Shown here one piece after another: positions 15,246 through 37,199 of a stretch of 64,000 nt of DNA. The notes beneath the pieces are model-generated. The model saw only the letters and a program-made list of their open reading frames with translations. It was not told the DNA's origin and did no database searches. Position 1 is the stretch's first letter. Every line of letters begins with the position of its first letter. The translations under genes were made by a program, and so were the position numbers. Location of the stretch: the NCBI RefSeq assembly GCF_009914755.1, contig NC_060938.1, one strand, 5' to 3'. The stretch is from the human T2T-CHM13v2.0 reference genome, Homo sapiens.

Positions 15246-16017
15246 CTAAGAATGAAGAGAAGTGAAAATGAAAAAAGGCAACCACTGTTGGTCTATATAT
15301 TTCTGAGAAGTCAAATTCTCTAGCATTCCCATACACAGATCTTTCATTTTGTGCAGGAAATTCTGTGACCAACTTTAGCACTAGATTACCTATCCTCAAT
15401 CATACTAAAACATTCACTGCTTTGTCAAGATAATACTGGATTTTCTATCTACCTTTTCTCTATTGAGTGAGTAATCTTTTCCTAATTCCCTATCCTTGCT
15501 GTGATACAAAGAAAGTAAATTAGCATGATAGATTTAAATATCCCTACCACCTTTCTATCAACCTACATTTTAATAAAGGACAGGAATATACTCAACAACC
15601 TAGGCTGGGATCCAATATTCTTTTTGAGGCATGTAGTGTGAATTTTAATGAATTCAGGCCACTGATCAACAAAGTGTACAAAATGACAATGTTGGGGGCC
15701 AACAGTGTTACCTATAACACTCACAAACACAAAAATCTTAATACTTTGCTGAAGCCTTGGTTACCAAATGATATTTCCTGACTATATTATTATCATCTAT
15801 TACTTCACAAGCTGGGTTGCCATCATAACCTTAATAACGATTTGAGAAACTAAAATTAGGACAAAATGTTACCTTTGAGAAAGCCTAATATCTGTGGTTA
15901 ATTAAAATATAGATGAAATATTAAACTCCTAAGAACTGAACTGAAATTGCTAAATAAGTAGGCCATTAGTTTACATTTAGAAATATTTTGTTTACTTAAA
16001 TATTTCCATTCTGGTAA

Positions 16018-16593
<576 letters not shown>

Positions 16594-17514
16594 TCACCCA
16601 TTTCTTCTTTCATTTTCAGTTTCTCCAGTTAGTAACTGAAGATGTTCTTTGAGTAATTAAGTGAGTGAGAAAATTTTTAAGTGAGAAATCTATAAAAAGA
16701 ACCATGTTAACATAAATATTTCAGTCCTTACAAGTTGGTATTGACTTTTCTCATTGGTAATCTGACTGATTTAATACTGCTCATTCCAATATCTGGTGAT
16801 GTAATTCTGGTTATGAATCCTTGTATTAATAACACCTCCTGGGAGGTTTTTTTTCCCCAACATTACATTCAGAATATTAGAGCTGAAAATACCTTTTTTA
16901 AGGTTATCAGGAGGAGGGAGCTTATGTTTAATGTGGTGGATAAAACTTAACTGCTGGTTAATACAATTGTTATTCAGGTGAAATTCCCTAAACTTTTCAC
17001 GTGCAAAGTTTTGTATGTATACAGACATTTGGGGAAAAGTTTTATCATCCCTAAAACCGGTTACTGTCCAGAAAATGATAAGAATCCCTGGGTTCCAAAT
17101 CCTTCATAAGGTATTTATTCATTTATTTATTCAACACATTTACTCAATGCCTCCGCTCTGCTGCAACTACACTGACATTCTGCTTCTAATCTAACGAAAA
17201 TAATGTGTTCGGTTTAGCAAAATAATACATAACACTTGATTCACCCTTTAATTAAGAGAACCACTGAAATTAATATGGTCTGATTACAAATTTGCTGAAT
17301 CCTTAAACGTGTCAACATCTATATGCACATCTTCAATCTCAAGAAATATACTGGAGCACTTCACATATTTACTATGTGCTAAACCTGGCCAAATATAGTT
17401 TGTTTCCATTAAAATAAAGTTTTTTTTTTTGAGACGGAGTCTTGCTCTGTTGCCAAGGCCAAAATAAAGATTTTTTTAAGTAATATTTTTCTTTTTAAAA
17501 AAATATACTTTACC

Positions 17515-18628
<1,114 letters not shown>

Positions 18629-18740
18629 CTATTAACGATGTGGTGGGTACATTTTAGTTCATTTTATATCCTTGTCTTTTGACACTCAGTTCAGTAGTCG
18701 GTAATTATCAGATTTCAGTAATGCTGTAAAAAACAAGGTG

Positions 18741-21080
<2,340 letters not shown>

Positions 21081-22099
21081 AGTCGTTGGCATCATTTATG
21101 CACATTTTTAAAAAGTTTCAAAACAGGAAACCAAAGAATAGGGGAAAAAACATAACAAAACAAAAAATTGTATCTATAAATAAATCAATGAAGTTTCTAG
21201 AGCAAGGGAAAAAAAATTCTCCCTCTTAGGTAATTCAGGAACTACTCTGAGACTTGACTACTAATTATTGCCTGACCATATGACTTGCACTTCTTACTCC
21301 ACTATCCTCCCCTCTTACCTCTTTAATTATCTAGGTCCTATATAGCCATAAAGGCCAAATTCAAGTGCCAATTCCACTATGATGGTTTTGATGGCTTCAC
21401 TACCTACACCAGCTCTTGTTACTTCTCTTCATTGTACAGACTGTAGATTCATTCATTTGGTTTCGTACATATATCTTATCATATTCCTCACTTTTTGTAA
21501 GCGTCTCCCCTTGAGTCCTATGCTTTTTAAACTTCTTGAGGACAGGGGCAATTTCTTCCTTATTTTTGTCTAATTAGACCCATGAACACTGTAGATACTC
21601 AAGAAAGGTAATTAATTAGGTGGGAGGATCCTGCCAGTGCATCTTCTATTTCTAGGGGCCAGAATACGAGCACATGAACCTAACATGATCTAGACAAGAT
21701 TTAGAGATGCAGTTGAAGATACTGACAAATATTGGAACAATCTACCACAAAGGTGATACTGAGTCACTATTTTTGCAGAGCTTTGTTACTAGTTTGCCTT
21801 AAATAATTCAGAGTTTGTCCTGAGGGTAGGGAGTGGATAACAGTGAATTTAATCTTTTAAATTTCCTTCAAGTTTTATGATCGTGACACGGGGGCAACAG
21901 GAGAAGAGAAAAAGTTTGGAAACCAAACACAAATGTTTTCAGATTCCTGCTAGGTATGTAAATGGCTAAGTCAATGCCGGTAGGGGTACTCATTCAGAAA
22001 CACCCAGTGCCACTCTGTACGGGCCACTAAATTGGGCACTGCGGATATAAAGGTTCATTCCTCGCTTACTGTACCCACAGCTGCCAAGAAATGACCACT

Positions 22100-22930
22100 A
22101 CAAAACAGTCGTTATAACTGAGGGAACAAAGCGCCAAAGCAGCAACAAAAAGGGGTTCTTGCTGCTTCGCGGGATAGGGGGCTGAGCAGCCTCACAAAGG
22201 CGACGTCCTCGCAGTCTGAAGAGGAGTGGGCAAGGCGGACGAGGGTGGGGCTCAAGCGTCCGTCCGGTAAAAGTGAGCTGGAAGAACCGAGGCCCAGCGT
22301 GAGGAGGAACCGCGAACTACTTGCAGAAGGGCGAACGTCTGCTGCTGAAGGTGGAGAGGGAGTACCAATGTACGAGGCTTTATAGAAATGGCCGTTTGGT
22401 AAAGGGCAGTGACTCTGGAGCTTTTTCTCTAGGGATCCCGCCCGTCCTCCCCGGTTGAGCCTCGGCCCCAACAGCCCAGTGCCTCACCCAAGTGCCCCGA
22501 GTCCTGCTTCCGCCTCCGCTGCAGCCTCTCCCGCAGAGAGTCCAGCTGCTTCTTGTGGGCCTGGATAGAGCTCCACGTGTCCGACATCCTAGTCTCCCAG
22601 CCCTGACACCTCTCGAATAAGGCGCGGCGGACTAGCACCTCCCAGCACTCGCTCCAGGATATAGCCAATTCTCACGCGGACACCCCGAAGGCTAACCGGA
22701 AAATGACCCCTGGAGCTGAGCAAGACAGAAAAGTCATTTCCGGTGTCGCGCTTTCTTGGAAGCTATAAAGAGCCACGTTAGGTGTTGGCAGAGCGGCCGG
22801 TATAGTCCTCATACCCGCTCTCTCATGCTTCCGGACACAGTGAGGCTGTGGTTGCCATGTTGGTGACTGGCAGAGCGGCCATGTTGCTTATAGACGCGCA
22901 TGCGGCCATGTTGAATATTCGGAGAGGAGT
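22100..22930. promoter_or_regulatory. CpG-rich promoter region of METTL3
   Basis: High CpG density; ETS-like CCGGAA cores, NRF1-like GCGCATGCG (22896-22904), three YY1-like GCCATGTTG. Confidence 0.8.
22488..22587 (-). CDS. METTL3: METTL3 exon 1 coding part (m6A writer catalytic subunit)
   Basis: ATG at 22587; MSDTWSSIQAHKKQLDSLRERLQRRRKQDSGHL; G|gtgagg; 100 nt. Confidence 0.97.
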
Positions 22931-22966
22931 CCTGAGAGTTGACTTGTGTTAAAGTAGCACTCGTAG

Positions 22967-24416
<1,450 letters not shown>

Positions 24417-25854
24417 TTTGTTTGTTTGTTTGTTTTGTTTTTTTTAATGGAGCTCCCTGAATGGAAACATTTCGGGAATCACTGACTTATCCAATATCTA
24501 CATGATGCCATACGCTGTTGTCCAAAAAATACAAAAAATAGTTTGACTGGCATGGCTCCTGTTTTCAAAGAGTTTATAATCTGGTCAAGGAGCTGTGAGC
24601 CAGTTTATTAATACTGAACCATCTTCACAGCATGAGGTAGCATGGGCATAGACTTTTTAAAAAACAAAAACAAAACAAAACAAAAAAACAGGAAAAAAAA
24701 AACGTGATTTCAAAGAAGAGGAGGACTCCAAGTTTAATGACCCAGGAAGGCATTGGAAAGAAGCTGGAATCAAGGTTCAGGCTTAAAATGACCACTAAGG
24801 TTTCAGTAGGTGAAGGTATAGGAGGGAAATCCAGGTCTGGAATATGATAAAGGCAAAGGTCTAGACTAGAGGTAGGAAAGCGTGATGTGTGTTATGCCAA
24901 TCTGGATTAGTTCGCCAGAACATAAAGATTTATATTTGGGAATATTGGGAGAAATTTTAGGTTTCCAAATTTGAGGCCAGATTGTAGAAGGTACATGGTA
25001 CCTGAGTAAAGACTTGGCAATTTATTCAGAATACAATAGGAAACACTTAGGGTTTGTAAATAGGAATGTTTCAAAATTGATTTGCTGTTCTAGATAAATT
25101 GAGGTGAGGAGGAAGGAGATTTTGGAGAGGACAAAGATGGTTAGTAGTCCATTGTAACTAAGTGTCTGATGAGAAGAACTGTAACTAAAAGCTGGTTATG
25201 AACAGTAATGAAAAGGAAGGGGTGAATATGAAGGGAGCTATTGAAAGATGTATGTGTATTGTAATATGACTTTTATCCATTCAGTAAGTATTGAGTGTTT
25301 ACTATGTGTTAGATACTATGGAGATTTAGTAGTGATGAAAATACTCATTTCCATCTCATTTTCTGAACTTAATTTACTTTTAGGGAATTTACACTATCTA
25401 TTGGGATGTGTAACTTTGTTTTTTTGTTTTTGTTTTATTGAGACAAGCCTCACTCTTTCACTGCTGGAGGGCAGTGGTGCAAAGAAGTAGCACAAGTACT
25501 CCTGAAAGTCAATCAAATCAAGGGCAGCTCCCAGAAGTTTTTGCTTTCACATTAACTCTGGGTAAATTATTACAGTGGCATATTGGGCAAATTTTAGAAG
25601 TACAGGAAGGCCTCTTAGCATGATCTTCTTGTAGAGAGATTCTTTTTAGACTCCTCTTGACCAGTTTGCTGCTCAAAAGAAAGACATTGCTTTCTTGTCC
25701 GCGCGTAGCCCTCAGCAGTACACAGAGGAGAAGGAGGAGGAGGAGGAGGAGGGAAAAATGCAGAATTCTTCTAGTCAAAATGGAGTGTAAGCCTAATTTT
25801 GAGCAGATGGGTGCTGCATGCATTACACTTCTCAACTTTTCCTCATATCTGCTA

Positions 25855-26470
25855 TGGTAGATTGCTTCCAGTGTTGGCCACAACAATGCCTCTCACCCAC
25901 ATGCCCTTAGGCAGTGTGACTTTGCCCCCTTTCAATCAATAAGTAAAGCTTATTCCCCCTCCTCTTGAATCTGAGCTAGGCTTCTGACTAGCTTTCACCA
26001 AAAGAATGTGGCAGAAGAGATATTCCCTGAGTTCTAGACCTTAAGAGGTCTAGACCTTAAAAGGAATTACAGCTTTCGGGATTTGGTTTTGTTTTGTTTC
26101 TAATTTTTGAGAGAGAGTCCCTGGGTCTGTTCCATCTAAACACTGTTGAAGCAAGAGACAGATCTGAGGGACCTCCAAATGTGCTGCCGCGGCTTCTGTT
26201 TCTGCCCTCTTGGAACCCTGGGCCTTCATGGAAGTCCAGTCACCCTGATAGACCACTTAAAAAGAGAGACCCTGGGGGATGAAGGATGGTAAGGAGAGAG
26301 GGTTCAGCATTCCAGCCAGCCATCTGAGTAGCCAGAAGTTGAGGCCATCTTGGCTTCTCCAGTCCAGATGAAAGCTGCATGAGTGAGCCCAGTCCTCACC
26401 ACATGGAACATAGACAAGCCATCCTACCAGGCACTCCATGGAATCATAAGCAAATACGTAAGTATTAAGA
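25855..26470 (+). mobile_element. MLT1-type MaLR LTR remnant
   Basis: cttgaatctgagctaggcttctgactagctttcaccaaaagaatgtggcagaag resembles MLT1 consensus. Confidence 0.55.
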
Positions 26471-26475
26471 CACTA

Positions 26476-28377
<1,902 letters not shown>

Positions 28378-28773
28378 TAAATGGCAACTGCATTGGTTCC
28401 TAAGTTGTATAGGTTGAGTTAATATACTTGAGAGTGGTTATTGTGAAAGCTGAATTCAAGAGAATTGGATGCTCCCTTTCCCTTCTCCATTTTTGAATTA
28501 CAAGTTTGAATTCCCTCTCTGATTCCACAGGACATTGTCCATTATCTGTCATAGTTCCTGTTACCCCCAAATAAAAGTATTTGTTTAAAGCTAGGCAATA
28601 TGGTATGTGCCTGTAGTCCCAGGAGGCTGAGATGGGAAGATCAGTTAAGCCAAGGAGTTGGAGTCCAGCATGTACAATACTGAGACCCTGTCTCTTAAAA
28701 AAAAAAAAAAAAAAGTATCTGTTTACATTTTCCCACTGAGACTGAGCTCCCCTAAGGGCAGAAGTTTCTCTTA

Positions 28774-29375
28774 CAGTCAAACATCACATAATGATGATTT
28801 GGTCAACTATGGACCATGTGCACAACAATGGTTCCATAAGATCATAATGGAGCTGAAAAATTCCTATCATCTAGTGACGTTGTAGTTGCCATAATGTTGT
28901 AGCACAGTTACTTCATTTTAAATAAATTTAGTGTAGTCTAAGCATACAGTGTTTATAAAGTTTACAGTAGTTTACAGTAATGTCCCAGACCTTCACATTC
29001 ACTTACCATGCACTCACTAACCCACCCACAGCAACTTCCAGTCCTGCAAACTCCATTCATGGAAAGTGCCCTATATAGGTGTATCTTTTTTTATTGTGTT
29101 TTGTATTATTTGTATTATTGTATTTTTACTGTACCTTTTGTATGTCTAGATACACAAATACCATTGTGCTACAATAGCCTACAGTATTTTGTACAGTAAT
29201 ATGCTGTACAGGTTTGTTGCCTAGGAACAATAGGCTATAACATATAATCTAGGTTTGTAGTAGGCTATACCATCTTGGTTTGTGTAAATACATTCTATGA
29301 GGTTTGCACAACAACAAAATTGCCTAATGATACATTTCTTGGAATGTGTCCTGGTCATTAAGCGAGGCATAACAG
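28774..29375 (-). mobile_element. Tigger3 (MER7)-family non-autonomous Tc1/mariner element
   Basis: TA|cagtca...ataacag|TA termini; internal tagcctaggaacaataggcta-type motif; 602 bp. Confidence 0.78.
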
Positions 29376-29409
29376 TATTTACCTTTGCATCTAACCAACA
29401 CTTGGTCTC

Positions 29410-31900
<2,491 letters not shown>

Positions 31901-32469
31901 GAAAAAAAAAAAATATGTTTTATTTGACCCCACCCCTATGTGCTTCCTCTGAATTCCTAATGATAAGAATCCTCCTTTGTCTTGTTGGTAGAAATTATTA
32001 GGGTTGAATTACATTTTTTTCTTTCTGATTATGACATCAGATCTCAAGGATCATAAAGTTTAATTCACCTTGGTTCTACAGATTCGCTGATGTCAGAAGG
32101 CTGATCTGTGGTTTGAGAAAGACTGAAAAGAAACAGTTTCCAACCTCCAAACAAAACCCACAGAAAAGCCTGGTGGTGGAAGGTTCTAGGTAGAGAAAAT
32201 CTAGACAATGACTGGACACAGTGGGCAAATGCCTACCTTTTGGAAATACAAACTCCACAGGGAACAATTTCCACAGAGAAGTTACATTAACTGAAGGTTG
32301 TCTTAGGACAAGGCTGAATAAAGTAAATATTTCAACACCATATGTTCAGCTTTGGCAGGAGATGTAGGTGGGAAGGGAATCTCAATTTTGGGGAATGCCC
32401 ATATCACACCCCAGCTGGCTATGTAATCATGAAATAAGGAGAAACACATAAATATTTGGTTAAAACACC

Positions 32470-32475
32470 TTTAAT
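32470..32475 (-). terminator. SALL2: SALL2 poly(A) signal ATTAAA
   Basis: tttaat on +; followed on - by U/GU-rich tttatgtgtttct; about 1.6 kb past the stop. Confidence 0.6.
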
Positions 32476-33382
32476 GATAGAGGGAAAGACACTAATATCT
32501 CCCGTCTGTTCTTGACATTTTACTAGGTTAGGAAGCTCTGGAGCCTACAGCTTGAGGAGAAGCCATCGTTCAAGTCAGTCAATAGCAAAACCCTCACTCT
32601 CTCCTCCTCAGAACTCCTGTTCCAAATGATCCTATGTTAAGAGTAAATACTACAACTCATTACAAGACGGAGAGGCAGGGAGGACGCCACCTGGAGCTGG
32701 TCTCCCAAAGTCTGGGACTCTTAAGAACCAGACAATGACAAAGACACAAGCCCCAGCCTACGGATAGGCAAAATGGGTAGGGGTCTTGAAAGAGGAAGAT
32801 AAGGAAAATACAAGGGGCCAGGGAATAAAGGAGGGAGTTATCTAAAACTAGAAGCATACTAGTGCTAGGAAATCCCCCATGATCCCTGGTACACCTCTGC
32901 ACACTATGTCACTATTAGCCCAAAAGAATATTAACGAGAATGTCCAGACATTCACAAGAATTTGAGGCCTTTTCCCTTACATCATGTCCCTTTCTTAGTC
33001 ACATAGGTACCAGCAAGCCCTATGTTCTAGCAACATTCCTTAACTCTCTCATCATTAGTTCATCAACCATGCTGACCAAAAATGCTCCTTAAAGATACGA
33101 ACTTCACATTTCCCAAATATCTCCTGGGAGACCTCTTGGCAAGAAATCAGCTTGTTTCCCAACTTTGAGAGGTCATCATGAATGAGAAGCTGGAGAGGTC
33201 TTGGCACACTGACCAGCCAAAACCTTTACCTTAATGTGACCATCAGGGGATTTACTGGGAAAATTTTCCTATGCCCTTCCTTCATTTCTCCCTACTTCCT
33301 AGGGTTGGGTCACCAATTACTGGAGCATCTTCAGTACCGGCACCTTCTGGAGCAGGGGGAGGAAGAAGGAATGTACAGTTTG

Positions 33383-33754
33383 CTACTTCTTGTCTATGAT
33401 GGGCTTCTCAGGCACTGCCTTGGGTGCAGGAGGCTGAAATAGGAGGGGGGCTGTCTTCTCCTTGGCTTCCCTGGATCCCATTGTTGGAGGCACCTTCCCA
33501 GCCACAGTTCCTAGGCCAAACAGCACTGGTGGGGCCAGGCTTGGAGTGGTAGTGGAGGTGGAGCTGGAATTCCAGGGCTTCATGGGCAGGCCATTTGACA
33601 GGAATGCCACATACTGGTTCTAGAAAGATAGGGGACCCATACCCACCAGCTGAGCAGAAAGGTCACCCCAGAGGAGTGGCACTGGGCCCTCCAGAGACAG
33701 CTGCCAGCCCTTTTTGGCTAGGCTGCAATGCCAAATGTAGGTGCTCAGGTGCAC
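33383..33754 (-). other. SALL2: Cryptic/vestigial SALL2 exon 3 resembling the terminal exon of SALL1/3/4
   Basis: Long pyrimidine tract + tggtag| then VHLSTYIWHCSLAKKGWQLSLEGP...PLSF*NQYVAFLSNGLPMKP...PIIDKK*; second acceptor-like ttctag| at 33620. Confidence 0.75.
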
Positions 33755-34078
33755 CTACCAAAGGGAAAGGGAGAGGAAAGAGGAGGGGGAAGAAGGGTCA
33801 CACCAGGGAAGCTGGAGAGGGTTCCCCTTGAGAAAGCTGCAGAGAATCTATGTTCCTCAGGTACAAAGAATGAGGAGGGAAGAAAAATTCCTTAGGGGGC
33901 CATCCCCTTGTAAGCACAGTAATTTCCAAGCTCAGGGACTACAGAAAAGCCACTAGGGACATAACATGTTAAGAACTTAGAGAAAAAGACAAAATCAGGG
34001 CTCATAACTCTGGGAGGTCCTTTTGTGAAGCTGTTTCTGCTCTGTGGGACAAAGAGCAGCAGGTACAGAAAAACAGGC

Positions 34079-37029
34079 TCATGGGATCGTGGGGTCATCT
34101 TTTCGGGGAAAGGGGGAGAGCCCTGTGGAGGTGATGGAAGGCGAACAGCCAGGGACTAGAGAAAGAGCAGCAATATTCTGAGGGCCATGGGGGGCAAAGG
34201 GCTGTACCTGGTGGTGTGCCAGGAGCATATGCTTCTTGAGGGTAGCCCGCTCAAGAAAGCCCTGCCTGCAGAAAACACAAGTGAAGAGCGGCCCCTCCTT
34301 GGGGTGGGTCTTCTGATGCTCCTCCAGAGCTGCCTGGGAGGGAAAGGCCTGGCCACACACTTCGCAGGCCTTTCTGCTGCTGCTCTCTCCTGGCTCCTTT
34401 CTCATTGCCTCCTGCAGGCTCAGCTCCTCTACCAAGGTCACGCTGGTGGCTTCCCCTTCTGGGGTGAGTGCTGATGCCGGACTTGAGCTTCTCTCCGGTT
34501 TGCCCCCCTCTTCCTTGCCTCCTAAAACACCACTGCTTCCCTGCTCCATTGGCTGAGGCTGATCCAGGCTGTCAGGTGGTGGTGGTGGTGGCAAAGAAGA
34601 CTGTTGAGTAGTTTTCTCATTACTGTCCATCTCCTTCCCAGCTGTGGCTGCTGCCGCCACTGTCCCCACCTCCTCCTCTGCCCCAGATGCCTCTTCTGAA
34701 TCACCTCTCACTGATATTGCCTTCTCACCTCCACTCTCTGAGCCTCTCCCTGCCAGGGAATCTTCATCAGTCACATCTTCCTCTTCTTCCTCATCCTCCT
34801 CTTCCTCCTCCTCAGACAACTCCTCTTCCGGTGATGGCTGCTGGGACTGCTGCTGGGGGAAACTCCCTGCCCCGGAGACTGTAGATTGCTCGGAGCCATT
34901 CTCCTGAGCAGCTCCTCCACCTTCAGGGAGTGCAGTACCACCGTTGGGGATCTGGCCCCCCAGGTGCATCCGGACATGCTGCTGCAGAGTGACAGCATTG
35001 GTGAACTTCTTCTGGCAGATGGGGCAGGAATTCTGTGCCCGGGCAGCTGGACTGGCCTTGTGGCCCACGAAATGTGCACGCAGATTACCCCTGGTGGAGA
35101 AGGCTCTGCCACACACTTTGCATTTGAAGGGCCTCTCACCTCCATGTTGGCCATAATGAAGGCGTAGGGCCCGAGGACAGCTAAGCACTCGGAGACAGAT
35201 GACACACTGGTTAGGTCCAGAAGAGGCTGAGGATGAAGGTGCAGGGGCAGAGGTGGTGGGGGCTCCTGAGGCAGCTGAGGTCACCGCCACAGCTCCTTGC
35301 CGGTCAATCTTTTCTACCAGTTGCTGCAGCTTTGATGTCTCAGAGGGTGAGGCCCCCAAGGGCTCTAGCACATAGGGGAAGGGGAAGCTGCCAGTGGACT
35401 TGAAGTGGTTGGTAAGCAGTGCCCAGCTTGGTAGTGAAGTCACCAACTTACTTAGTTGCATGCGAGTTGCCGTGCTACTTTCTGCCACTCCACTGATGGC
35501 TGAGCCCTCACTCCCTGGGGGGGTGTTTTCATCAGCTTTATTCTTGGGTTCCACTGCTTTCATGAGCACAAACTTATTGAAAGCAGGGAGTCCTGGAGCC
35601 GTGGCTGTGCCTGCACTGGTGGAGAGCAGAGTCAGGCTCTCTGTGGCACTGAGTGCTGTTGTGGAGGCCACCAGAGGCTTGCGCTCAACCCCTCCACCTG
35701 GAGTGGCTGCCTCCTCCTCGGCCTTCTCTGGTGGCACGGACATACCATAAGGCAAGCCACTGCTGGTAATGACATAGTCTAGGTGCTCTGGTACTGGGTG
35801 TGGGTTCATCTGCACATGTGGGTACTTCTCACGATGCCGGTGGAAATGCACTTTGAGGTTGCCACGGGTGGTAAAACGGTTTCCACAGACATTGCACTTA
35901 TAGGGCCTCTCACCCGTGTGGGAACGAAGGTGGATCTGCAGGGCACTGTCACTGCCAAATACTTTGGCACAGAAGCGGCATTTGTGCCTTCCACCAGGCT
36001 TCTCCAAGGGACCCATCACTTCTCCGTAGCTCAGCTCACCACTTCCATTCTTTGGCTTCAGGAGCCCTGGGGAGGCAGTGGCCTCAAGGCCTCGGGCTGC
36101 CCCAAGACACTGTGCTGCCAGTAGTCCCGTGGTGCTTGGGAATGCCAGATGAGGCGAGGCAATCAGCTGATCTGTGCTGCCTGGCAAGGCTGGGGAAGGG
36201 GCAGGGGTGGGTTTGTGGCTTCGCCCAACCCCTCCAGCAGAGAAAGGATGCTGTGACCCCAGTGGGTGGTAAAGGTGGAAGAAGGCCTGCTTGGGCGTTT
36301 CTGCCCCTGAAGAGGAAGAGGAGGAGGAGGAGGAAGATGCCAGTGTCTTGCTGGTTTGGACAGGCTTGATGGGGCTGAAGAGGGGTAGTAGGGGCTTGGT
36401 GGAAGAGGCAGTCCCTGTCCCAGGTAGCTCTGAGGGACTGGCAGGGGCACCCACCGTCTGGCCTAAGGAGCCAAGCAACAGCACCTGCCTGCAGATTTGC
36501 TCAGTCATCTGCATCTGATGGATCTGCCGCTGCTGCAGCACCCGTAGCTCTTCCAAGATCAGGGGGATATTCAAGTGGCCACTGCCTACCCCTGGGGGCG
36601 GAGGGGGTGGTGGAGGAGGAGGGGGTGCAGGGGTCGATTCTGGAGGTAATGGGGTTGCTCCCAGCTTGGGACTGGCCAAGATCAGGCCCCCGCCTCCCCC
36701 AGCCGCTGTACCTGTGGCAGCGACCAGGAAATGCCCTGAAGACTCCTCTCCTCTCCTCTCTGGGCCCCAGGTGGGATCCGTGGGCACGGAGGACCCAGAA
36801 TCTGGGGGGTTGCTATGCTCTGTGTCCATGACCTGAGGATTATTGTGACCCTCAGGCCGGGGTTCAGAGGAGGCCGAACAGTTGTTGGGGTTCTCCTGGC
36901 CCCCAATTATCACCATTACAGGAGGGTCAGTAGAACATGCGTTCTGGTGGGCGAGGAATTCAGTTGGGTCAGTGAATTGTGCGCAGCACTTGGCACAGAC
37001 TTGGGGGTGATCCTCCTCGCTAGCATCAC
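34079..37029 (-). CDS. SALL2: SALL2 exon 2: spalt-like zinc finger transcription factor (C2HC + 7 C2H2 fingers)
   Basis: ccccag|GT acceptor at 37029; contains ORF 34079..36916; SAL-box [12 protein letters not shown]-rich segment; with E1 gives 3024 nt = 1007 aa. Confidence 0.97.
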
Positions 37030-37199
37030 CTGGGGAGAAGACAAGGAGAGAGAGCGTGGGTGGCGCAGTTGGGTTGGGTATACCGAGGCTCTAATTAACA
37101 AGGAGGCCAGTAACCGCTAGTTGGGGGTGGGGAGATGAGCTCACCATCAGGGCCATGCAGAAGTCTAGAGCTCAGGCCTGATCCGTGTGGACAGGAGAC

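Noticed and set aside
22588-22668. In-frame non-AUG N-terminal extension of METTL3
   Set aside because: Open frame exists but a TTG start has no supporting evidence; needs Ribo-seq.
34156-37120. Overlapping and antisense ORFs across SALL2 exon 2
   Set aside because: Expected shadows of a GC-rich coding exon; no independent signals.
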